From a virus, in the IMG/VR virus record IMGVR_UViG_3300032893_000013, positions 44,070-108,069 of that record: 64,000 nt of DNA. One strand, 5' to 3'. The position numbers and the translations under genes were made by a program. The notes under the pieces were generated by a model that worked only from the letters and a program-made list of their open reading frames with translations, was not told the DNA's origin and ran no database searches. Numbering within the stretch: position 1 is the stretch's first letter; the number at the start of each line of letters is the position of its first letter. Of this stretch, positions 56,051 through 64,000 are shown piece by piece.

Positions 56051-56661
56051 AACAGTTCTTTAGTCGTTTCAAAAAATCGAAGACTCCTCCACAACCCCAA
56101 ACGTTTTTCATCAAGGTTGATCGAGACTCAATAAAGCCCAACGCAAAGGCCGGGCAAACGTCCGACTATGAATATATTTCATCTACCGGCTACATCATCA
56201 TTAGCGCGAACTATCCATCCATCGAATTCATGGACGAACGGATCAAACTCGTAAGAACCACTACGTCACTTGAACGTCGAAGTTTGCGCACAGAGAGAGA
56301 GTATATCGTCGGCGGAATGAATATCGAGGAACTTCACATGCTGGCCGACACGCTGCGAGAAGTGTTCCCCAAGCAAGTGAATTTTAAGTTTGAAAATCAC
56401 TACCAAGAATATCGCTTTCTGACTCCAATTCCGTCACACAGTTACAAGTACGAACGGACGAAGGTGACTTGCTGCCACTGCGGAGCCGAGTTCTTCCACG
56501 ACGAAATCAAAGACGAATATTACGATGATAGCGACGAGTACAGTCCGATGTACGATTGCTGTCCCAAATGCAAAAAGGCCGATTGCGTCAAGCTGGAATT
56601 CGAGGACTTTGAAGGAATCATGCTGGAGCGCGCCGGACTGCCGAAGTTGGAGATGGGATGA
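56047..56661 (+). CDS. Hypothetical protein with C-terminal zinc finger
   Basis: CCHC...CPKC. Confidence 0.55.
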   Translation: MKQFFSRFKKSKTPPQPQTFFIKVDRDSIKPNAKAGQTSDYEYISSTGYIIISANYPSIEFMDERIKLVRTTTSLERRSLRTEREYIVGGMNIEELHMLADTLREVFPKQVNFKFENHYQEYRFLTPIPSHSYKYERTKVTCCHCGAEFFHDEIKDEYYDDSDEYSPMYDCCPKCKKADCVKLEFEDFEGIMLERAGLPKLEMG

Positions 56662-56816
56662 AAATTCCAGGCATTGTAAAATTTAGTTTTTTCTTCTTGG
56701 TTCCTATGGCGGTTTGCCGCTACATGGAGTGGCACGGAGTTTCACTCGCGCTGTTCGCAATGTATCCGGTCGCCCTGCTTGGATACCTCAACTTGGGAGG
56801 AACGGTCGATGAGTAA
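56658..56816 (+). CDS. Small membrane protein (52 aa)
   Basis: Hand translation; ATGA overlap; hydrophobic. Confidence 0.45.
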   Translation: MKIPGIVKFSFFFLVPMAVCRYMEWHGVSLALFAMYPVALLGYLNLGGTVDE

Positions 56817-56983
56817 GTACGACATCGTAATCATGCACCTGAAGATCAAGGGCTTTTTCCTTGGGGAATACATCGTCTACAACGACATAGATGGCTTTAA
56901 TATCCACAAGATGCGAAAACTCTGGAATGAACACATCAAAAGTGCTAAGGTAACCTACAGGTGCCCGGTAATAGGAGGATGAC

Positions 56984-57580
56984 GTGAACTTGATGATTGA
57001 TCTTGAAACTCTCGACCAGAAAGTCACGACCGCGATCCTCTCTGTTGGCATCGTCGCCTTCGACAAAGAAGGAATCAAAGATGAGCTTTACGTCGTACCG
57101 AACCTCCAAGAGCAACTCGATGGCGGCCATACCGTCAGCGCCGCGACTCTTTGCTGGTGGGCCAGACAATCAGACCAAGCCCGCAAAGTCTTCGAGGAGC
57201 AAGAAACCAAATCCGTTCCGTTGGCGGCGGCATTCAAACAGATCCATATGTTCATTCGCAAGTACAAAGACGCCAACATCTACAGCTATGGCGCTGACTT
57301 CGACATCCCGATCCTCAAGTACATCTACGACAGCGCGAATACTCAGGTTCCTTGGTATTACGGTCGCGTCCGGTGCCTGCGAACTTGGTGCGATGACAAC
57401 AATCTTCCGTACAAGTCGGCCAAAGATCCGAACTACACGCACAATGCCTTGCAGGACGCCCGCGATCAGGCCCAGCACATGATTGACCACTGGAGTCCCA
57501 AACCGCCACTCGAAGACGGTAAACTCAAGATGACCGTCGAAGAATATGACGAAACAATTCCACGATCAGGAGCCGTATAA
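56984..57580 (+). CDS. DEDDh 3'-5' exonuclease
   Basis: MIDLET, FD..IL and HNALQDA. Confidence 0.9.
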   Translation: MNLMIDLETLDQKVTTAILSVGIVAFDKEGIKDELYVVPNLQEQLDGGHTVSAATLCWWARQSDQARKVFEEQETKSVPLAAAFKQIHMFIRKYKDANIYSYGADFDIPILKYIYDSANTQVPWYYGRVRCLRTWCDDNNLPYKSAKDPNYTHNALQDARDQAQHMIDHWSPKPPLEDGKLKMTVEEYDETIPRSGAV

Positions 57581-57825
57581 TGAGCAAAGAAAAAACTTCC
57601 GTTGACAAAACCATTGACAAAATCTTTCCCGAAGGCCAGCGCAAGATGATTAAGAAGGCCATCGTTGACACCGTACAGGTCAGCCCGAACTTGACCGCAT
57701 CCGTGCTCAGAATTGGGAACGACACCAGCGTCCTTTTGACGGGCCGCGATGACAACAACAACTTGCACTACACCATGATGTCGAAGGACACCTTCAATCA
57801 ACTCAAAAAATCCGTGAAACTTTAG
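57580..57825 (+). CDS. Hypothetical protein
   Basis: Coupled ORF. Confidence 0.5.
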   Translation: MSKEKTSVDKTIDKIFPEGQRKMIKKAIVDTVQVSPNLTASVLRIGNDTSVLLTGRDDNNNLHYTMMSKDTFNQLKKSVKL

Positions 57826-57833
57826 GAGGAACC

Positions 57834-58391
57834 ATGGGAATGCGAAAAATTTTCAGAATGCAATATGAGCCGTGCAATGGTCAGTGTTACGCTTGGGATG
57901 ACGATGATGATGACACGTCAACTTCGTCTGGCGGTGGAGGCGGCGGCTCCGACGATGACGATGATCGTGACAGCGACATTCTCCCGCTCCGCGCACTCCG
58001 CAATGATCCTGTCCGTCTGAAGCGCGTCATGGACAAACTTGTCGCAATGCACCAAGAACTGTGTGGAAACAAGAACTTACGCTATGGCATTGATTTGGAT
58101 GAAGACAATCATATTTTCATCGGCAGCTTCTGGCATTACGGAAAGCTGGAACTTTTCACCGACAAGAATCACATTGCTTTGATTGAAAAGATGGCCGACT
58201 TCGTTCTGCCATTCTATCAGTCGGAAGCGTACCACGAAGAATCTAAGCACGACAAAGGCTTAGGCCATGAAGTGTGCGAGCACGGCGAAGATGACAACTT
58301 GCTCCGCTTCATCATCCGAAGCTCGAAGATCCCGACTCCGAACGGCGTCGATGCGTACCTGAATGAACTGGGTTTCCGAGTTGGCGCATGA
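57834..58391 (+). CDS. Hypothetical protein with Asp/Gly low-complexity insert
   Basis: SD AGGAGG; DDDDDDTSTSSGGGGGGSDDDDD. Confidence 0.55.
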   Translation: MGMRKIFRMQYEPCNGQCYAWDDDDDDTSTSSGGGGGGSDDDDDRDSDILPLRALRNDPVRLKRVMDKLVAMHQELCGNKNLRYGIDLDEDNHIFIGSFWHYGKLELFTDKNHIALIEKMADFVLPFYQSEAYHEESKHDKGLGHEVCEHGEDDNLLRFIIRSSKIPTPNGVDAYLNELGFRVGA

Positions 58392-58618
58392 GCGAACGCA
58401 AACGTGGCATAACCAGAGGCCAAATGGTGCAACTCATGGTCGATAAGGCCAACGAGAGGCACAAGGGCGAAAGTATCTTAGAGCCTGGATTCGCCCACAG
58501 ATTGGCTTCTACAATGCTCGAAGCGTGCGAGGAAGCCGGAATGCTCCCTCCACAGCGAGACGCAGAAAATAAGTCGAGCTACGGATACGCTCAGCTTTGG
58601 CGATGGGAGAAAGAATGA
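58388..58618 (+). CDS. Small EAGMxPP-family protein
   Basis: Paralog of 16080..16301. Confidence 0.55.
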   Translation: MSERKRGITRGQMVQLMVDKANERHKGESILEPGFAHRLASTMLEACEEAGMLPPQRDAENKSSYGYAQLWRWEKE

Positions 58619-59029
58619 AATACGTTGCCAAGATTGAAATGGATGACGGCCAGGTGTTTGAAGGATGCCTGGTCCAGCACGAGGACAAAATTCCGATCAC
58701 GTCCTTGGAGCAAGCCACGAACATCTTCCAAAATCAGAAATGGACCACAGACGGCACCGGACGTTGGATAAGCCGAGAATACCGGCGCTACTTCTGGATT
58801 CATGAAAAGTGAAGTCTATCACACGACAGACGGAACGGGCGACTGGATGTGTTGCTGGGTTTGGGAGTTCCAAAAGCACTATCAGCGCATGGGCTGGACC
58901 AACTGGCTCTATTTTGCGACTGAGGAGTTAGCCAATCGCTGGCTGGATGAATACGTCATTCCCGGTCGCCCTGGCGTTGAAGCGAAGGTCAAACTGCGCG
59001 TCGGGACTCAGGATATGTTTTCCAAATGA
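58615..59029 (+). other. Two small ORFs (58615-58812, 58802-59029) sharing TTDGTGxW
   Basis: Shared peptide visible in both translations. Confidence 0.5.
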
Positions 59030-59355
59030 TCTATACCAAAGAATACATCGAACAGGCCATCAAAGATTTCCAGAAGCGAATGGAAACCGAACTTGATTTC
59101 TGTCAGGAACTGTTCCGCGATGCTACTATCCGATTGATGGCCGCCAAATACGGCTATTACGTTTGCAGCGATCCCTGGATGGATGACATTGCTTATGATC
59201 TGTGCGAAAAAGGCTGGTATGTTATGGGCCGGGCGCTTGGCGTGCTGAAGGAAGATGAGACTAGCCCGTGCATTGACTTCGATCCAAAACATCCGTATGC
59301 TGAAGAAGGAATCAAGCTGGCAGAACGGTTCATGAAGAAGGGGAAGAAAAAATGA
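59026..59355 (+). CDS. Stand-alone NAD+-ligase subdomain Ia-like protein
   Basis: YGYYVCSDPWMDDIAYD matches the LigA Ia pattern Y.YY..D.P...D.EYD. Confidence 0.65.
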   Translation: MIYTKEYIEQAIKDFQKRMETELDFCQELFRDATIRLMAAKYGYYVCSDPWMDDIAYDLCEKGWYVMGRALGVLKEDETSPCIDFDPKHPYAEEGIKLAERFMKKGKKK

Positions 59356-60724
59356 CACAGAAGCCAATCGCCGGACGCATTCAAGTTTGGGCAGATTTCC
59401 ACGATCCAGGAAACACCGTCATTCGCATCGTACAGCCCGATGGACAAGTCTTTTTCCACTCCGAATTCTCCTGGCTGAAAAGCGCATATGCAAGGCTGAC
59501 TGGAGAATCAGACGTTCAGCGTAAAATAGGCAACGAACTTCGTCGTGATGGCCATACTTTTGTGGGGAATTTATGAGGTTAATGAGAGTAGCGAGCGGAA
59601 AGTTTCTACACCCGGAAATGATTGAAAGCCTTGATGTTCAAGAAGCGGCAACGGAAGATGGCATCGAAAAGGTCGTTCTTCACCTAACCATGTTCAGCGG
59701 CGCCAAACACACCGTCAAGTGCCGACGAGAAGATGCCGCCAGTCTCATCGAAAAGTACACGGATGATTTGGAGCTTAGGCCATGACTTGCCGCCATCCAC
59801 ACGGAGCATTGTTTCTTGAGCGCGAATCCGATTCCTGTCCTGACGGATATGGCGGAACCGACACTTGGAGTTGGACGAACCTGAAGTGCAACAAGTGCGG
59901 AAAGAAGCTCAAGGTCTACGACGAGAATCAACGTCACGGCGTAGACAAGCAACAATACACGGAACTGACAGGACGTGCTGTTGATCTGAAAGAATTGCAG
60001 AAGCTCTTCCAAACCAATAGGCCAGTCTATCTCCATCTTAATATCTCAGCCGAGATGAATGACGCCGTTCTGCGCACCGTTGGCAAGAGAACCGACGCGC
60101 TCGAAAAAGCCATCCAGCGCAAGAAAAAATCCATCCAAAAACAGATCAAGCAGCTTGAGAGTATGGTCGCCGACTATGACGGCCACAACATGAGAAGCTG
60201 GTCTATCGTCAATCTTCTGGGGTTATGATGCCGCGCACAGTAACAAACGTACACAAATTCATGACCGTAGGCGATCTTCGAGATTTTCTCAACAGCGAGG
60301 AAGTGAAGAAGCTCAACGAAAACGCCTTCATTTGGATTCCACAGGGCGACGCTTCGTGGAACATCGACTGCCTCACTGATGCTACGATTGAAAAAGTTTC
60401 CACACCTGAAGATAGCTTCCCTCAAGAAATGGGGATCTGCCTGTACTCCAAAAAAGTCGCAAACAAGGTGCAAGAATGAATGAAATGAAGCAAGACGAGC
60501 AATTCCAGACGTATGAACGCCAATGGGGAGTGAAGCTCTTCACGGGCGCGAAGGACGGTTCAGAACTTCAACAGCAAATCACCAACTTCCTGATTGAAAT
60601 GCGAACCAAACCTATGGGCAGACTTTTCAGGCCGCATTCGACAGCTATCGCTTTCAAGTGGACGGCTTCCATGGTCTATGAGCATTACGTTCCTGTGGAG
60701 GAGAAAAATGAAGGTCAGTCGTGA
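59352..60724 (+). other. Run of five small coupled hypothetical ORFs
   Basis: 59352-59576, 59573-59785, 59782-60228, 60225-60479 and 60476-60724, all with ATGA overlaps. Confidence 0.5.
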
Positions 60725-61337
60725 CGGCTCCCTCTTTCACGTTCAGTATCCGAGCCAGAAAGAGCTTGCGAAGGCTTTTTGCCGGTTCCAAGAGCATTAC
60801 GAAAACCCAAAGTTCCGTGGCGAAATCTTCACTCTCGGACAACTTCGAGAGTGGTACAGTCTTCATCGTGGTGCGTGGACGTACTATGATGATTGGAATG
60901 GCTTCAATTTTCCATCATACGTCCTAGATCCTTTCAAGGCGGGCATGTTTGATCCGCTCTCAAGAGCAGAAAAACGCCTCTTAAATGCTCTCAAGAGCAT
61001 TCCCGGCAAGTTCTATGTGATTGGCACGCATGAAAAAGATGAGTCAACTGAAGAGGTTCTGAAACACGAGAAGCTCCACGCTCTTTATTACACGAACCCG
61101 GCCTACAAAGCCGACATCGACGCTTATTTTGATTTGATCTTCCCGGCCAAGTTGTCGCCGCTCCGCAATCACTTACGCGAGCTTGGTTACCACGAGGCAG
61201 TGATTCAAGATGAGATGCAGGCTTACATGGGCGCGTCCACGTCGTATTTGAAGTCTGAAGGAATCGAGTATCCGCAAGTTGTCTCAGAACGGATCAAGGA
61301 GATCGCTCGACAACATTGGCCCGATTTGGTATTGTAG
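60708..61337 (+). CDS. HExxH zincin-like protein
   Basis: HEKLH plus downstream DEMQAY. Confidence 0.55.
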   Translation: MKVSRDGSLFHVQYPSQKELAKAFCRFQEHYENPKFRGEIFTLGQLREWYSLHRGAWTYYDDWNGFNFPSYVLDPFKAGMFDPLSRAEKRLLNALKSIPGKFYVIGTHEKDESTEEVLKHEKLHALYYTNPAYKADIDAYFDLIFPAKLSPLRNHLRELGYHEAVIQDEMQAYMGASTSYLKSEGIEYPQVVSERIKEIARQHWPDLVL

Positions 61338-61353
61338 TGTCTAGGAGAAGCGC

Positions 61354-61725
61354 ATGAATAGGTGGATCTTTTTAGTCGGATTGATTGCCGTTACTGCCCT
61401 TTACGTCGCAGTCAGATTCGCGGCGTGGTCCGATATGGTCGCCGTCCCTTATATGTCTGCACAGTACGAAACTGTTCGATGCAACAAATATATTGCCGCC
61501 CACAACACACAGCGACTTGCGATTGGAATGGGCGTGATGGACAAAATGGTGCAGAAAGATGCTGTCCCTGCCATTTGCACAATTGATGAAGCGGGATGCG
61601 ATAAAGCTGAAAAAATGTGGTCAGAGTATCAGGAATCACGAGAGCAGTATCTGCGTCACAATTGGATTCCGTTTTTTAAGCACTTGTTCAGAATCGAAAA
61701 ACACTGGGTAGATAAATACAAATGA
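61354..61725 (+). CDS. Membrane-anchored/secreted protein
   Basis: N-terminal TM; SD AGGAG. Confidence 0.5.
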   Translation: MNRWIFLVGLIAVTALYVAVRFAAWSDMVAVPYMSAQYETVRCNKYIAAHNTQRLAIGMGVMDKMVQKDAVPAICTIDEAGCDKAEKMWSEYQESREQYLRHNWIPFFKHLFRIEKHWVDKYK

Positions 61726-62403
61726 GTAAAGCTGTTCACATCAACGATCTTGAATGGAAATACATGGTTGGACGTAGCAACGTGCTGATTGAGCCGCCAC
61801 AAGGATCGGGAATCAAGAAATTTTACATCACGTTCGAGCAGCTTCTTGGGACTGCCAAATACCGGCGCATCATCAACGACGATGACTTCAATGGCCGAGT
61901 TGCCATTTGGCCATCAGATGTGAAGCGATATATCGAAGAAAACATTCGGATGGGATCATATGGGCCAAGTGTTTCACTCAAAAAGTAGCGTTTGGTCCCG
62001 GCTTCGTCAATGGCTGTCTGATTTATTCGGCGTGCTATTCGCGTTGCCTTCGTACATCAATCCAGAGCCTCTCAAGCCTGCTCCGCTCAGCGCCGAAGAA
62101 CGGGCTGAAGCTGAAAAACTGTTGGCCGAAGAAGATGGCGACTGGGTTCTGTCTTTTATGAAGAAAGCCGATGGACAATACGTCACCAAAGATTTCAAAG
62201 TCTACTGGCGCGACAACGACTCTGCCGTGTTCGACATCAAGCGGGCCGCGCACTTCGAGTCCAAAGCTGACGCTGAAGCTGCCAATGCCCGATATGAAGC
62301 ATTCATGCGCGAAGAAGTGAGAATTGGCCGAGCGACTAATAAGAGTTATTTGCGCTTCTCGCCTGAGCGCGTGGGAGATGAAATTGGTGCGGAAAAAGAG
62401 TAA
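61722..62403 (+). other. Two hypothetical ORFs (61722-61988, 61960-62403)
   Basis: Coupled ORFs. Confidence 0.45.
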
Positions 62404-62626
62404 GAAAAACAAAACCATCACGGGAGCCAAGGCAAATATTTACGTCAACGGCAGATTGATTGGCGAATGCACCGGAGCGTCTTTGGTTTATGGCGAAAGT
62501 CCAAAACAAATTCCCACACTTGGCAGATATACTGGTCCTAAGAAGGGTTCAGTCTCTTGCCGATTGCTGAAACTTGATCCAGAAGTGGCGCAAAGACTCT
62601 CAAAATCCAAAAAGGACGAAAAATGA
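62378..62626 (+). CDS. Short tail-tube-like fragment protein
   Basis: TITGAKANIYVNGRLIGECTGAS....E....LG pattern of tube-protein N-termini. Confidence 0.4.
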   Translation: MKLVRKKSKKNKTITGAKANIYVNGRLIGECTGASLVYGESPKQIPTLGRYTGPKKGSVSCRLLKLDPEVAQRLSKSKKDEK

Positions 62627-62940
62627 TCCAGTTCCAGATCATGGAAACTCTAGGTTGGCTTGGTTCGTGGCTGTTGGCGCTTTGCGCGATCCCGGCAGCT
62701 TACAAATGTTGGTATGACGGGCACGCACGCGGGCTTTCATCAACATCTTTGATAATGTGGTTCGCGGGCGAAGTGATGACTCTTTTGTACGTTTTACCGA
62801 AGCAAGATTTTCCGCTCATGCTGAACTACGCCTCGAACATCGCATTGCTTTTGGTGATCTTTTATTACAAACTATGGCCGAGGGATAATGAACTACCACA
62901 AAGACCAGAACGGAACTTGGGCAAAGAAAACGCTGGATAG
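62623..62940 (+). CDS. PQ-loop/SemiSWEET-like membrane protein
   Basis: LGWLG...IP, GLS, GE...L.YV and P...NY..N; three TMs. Confidence 0.78.
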   Translation: MIQFQIMETLGWLGSWLLALCAIPAAYKCWYDGHARGLSSTSLIMWFAGEVMTLLYVLPKQDFPLMLNYASNIALLLVIFYYKLWPRDNELPQRPERNLGKENAG

Positions 62941-63274
62941 CCAGATCATTTGCTTCGATCCTGAAATTGAAAAGGCGCTTGAGGAAGAAGAGTGGATCTT
63001 CAAGGTCGAGCCGTCGAATTCCGGTCTGCGCTATATTCTCACGATGGTTGGCGGGAAGAACTGCGAGTGGGGAGTCAGCCCAGATGACAAGGGTTGGTAC
63101 GTGAGAACTTTGAAAATGGATCTACAGGAGTCAATCAATGCTGCTAAGACCTTCATCGGCCCCTCAAGGCCGATCCTCGTTGATCGAGAAGCAATCGCCT
63201 TCAATAAAGAGCCAAGCCCAGAGTGGGAAGCCTTCGAGCGTTGGTTCAAACGGTTTGAATCGCGTAAGAATTGA
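62888..63274 (+). CDS. Hypothetical protein
   Basis: ORF in operon. Confidence 0.45.
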   Translation: MNYHKDQNGTWAKKTLDSQIICFDPEIEKALEEEEWIFKVEPSNSGLRYILTMVGGKNCEWGVSPDDKGWYVRTLKMDLQESINAAKTFIGPSRPILVDREAIAFNKEPSPEWEAFERWFKRFESRKN

Positions 63275-63425
63275 AGTCAAGAAAACGATCTTGAACCGCG
63301 CAATAGGCGGTACAATTTACGCTCTAGTCATGCTTGACGAGATTCGATTTTTTTACATCAATGAAAAGAAAGTCGCCGCCTATAGAAAAAGCGGCGAGAG
63401 AATTATGACTTTTGCAGGGCTTCGT

Positions 63426-63884
63426 TTAAGCCGGTAGGTCGTATTTGCTTCGATCATAATTCCCATCCCAAATGTCCGGAGCAGGAGCCGGAGCCGCCGA
63501 GGGAATGTAAATCCGATGTCCGGAACCCGGCTTAACACATTGGAAGTGAACCCAAGTTGGTGTGTATCTTTTATCTTCCATGTACAAACCGAGCTTTTGC
63601 ATAAGATCAAGATTGAACAAAACCCACTTCCAAAGACTGCCGTCAGGATCGGCGATGTCAGCGGCCAGGCCCCAAAGGTGATTCGAGCCTTTTGCGGCGT
63701 TCGACGTGGCTTCATTGATTGCAGGCGGGCGCCAACCGGAGTTGACAGTCATCGGTTTGCCATAGGCAGCGCGAACTTGGTTGAAGATTGACAGAAACTT
63801 GTCGATGTTGTCAGAAATCTGTTGCGTGTATTGGTCCGGATACTGGAGATCGCGGCCCTTGAGCATTTCATCTTTGGTAATCAT
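63426..63884 (-). CDS. Endolysin, peptidase M15A-like
   Basis: SGWR...N, SNH..GLAADI and WVH; likely start ATG 63884 with SD AAGGA. Confidence 0.85.
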   Translation of the reverse strand: MITKDEMLKGRDLQYPDQYTQQISDNIDKFLSIFNQVRAAYGKPMTVNSGWRPPAINEATSNAAKGSNHLWGLAADIADPDGSLWKWVLFNLDLMQKLGLYMEDKRYTPTWVHFQCVKPGSGHRIYIPSAAPAPAPDIWDGNYDRSKYDLPA

Positions 63885-64000
63885 TGAACTTTCCTTTTCT
63901 TCGCGTGTTCGATTTTCTTGTTCTTGGGCTTGCGCTTGAATCGGCGCTCCATCCATTCACTCGTCAAAGCCAACACAATCATAGTAGCAGCACCGAACAT
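63881..64000 (-). CDS. C-terminus of a membrane protein with basic tail (holin-like?), 5' truncated
   Basis: ...MFGAATMIVLALTSEWMERRFKRKPKNKKIEHAKKRKVQ*; ATGA overlap with the endolysin. Confidence 0.35.
   Translation of the reverse strand: MFGAATMIVLALTSEWMERRFKRKPKNKKIEHAKKRKVQ

Noticed and set aside
63885-63956. N-terminal extension of the endolysin
   Set aside because: Overlaps the upstream membrane-protein gene; SD and ATGA coupling favour ATG 63884
1-64000. Alternative genetic code
   Set aside because: Conserved genes are intact in code 11, and TAA, TAG and TGA all end genes at expected positions

Overview
This window is part of a large tailed dsDNA phage genome (myovirus-like head genes), read in the standard genetic code, with no host housekeeping region. 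Positions 1-16.4 kb are mostly minus strand and carry the head and packaging module: major capsid protein (truncated at the window edge, missed by the ORF track), scaffold-like protein, prohead protease, Mu-F-like head protein, portal and terminase. Upstream of these lie SbcD, a divergent GroES-like gene, a C-terminally truncated sigma-70 factor and a UvsW-like helicase. A divergent promoter pair at about 16.45 kb separates this arm from a plus-strand arm. That arm starts with a lambda-O-like initiator containing an iteron array and AT-rich repeats (probable origin), then GroEL, SbcC, Endo VII, dUTPase, DnaE, SSB, RecA, primase and a DnaB-like helicase. About 25 kb of accessory genes follow: ClpP, secreted subtilase, UDG-like, HAD, cyclic-phosphate receiver, peptide deformylase, 2OG-Fe(II) oxygenase, exported CPHC thioredoxin, lipoprotein zincin, SNF2-nuclease, PhaR-like, NADAR, DEDD exonuclease, LigA-Ia-like and PQ-loop proteins. 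The arm ends convergent with an M15 endolysin. Best candidates for new biology: (1) an apparently split sigma factor, with a sigma2-3-4.1 gene lacking region 4.2, a distant stand-alone sigma4.2-like HTH gene and a single-element late-promoter motif; (2) GroES/GroEL and SbcD/SbcC pairs split in mirror image across the origin; (3) a copy of the capsid N-terminal arm inside the protease; (4) a 59-aa possible mimic of a Bdellovibrio SPOR/FtsN-like membrane anchor, which with other clues suggests a predatory Bdellovibrionota host. All family calls come from motifs read by eye; no searches were run.
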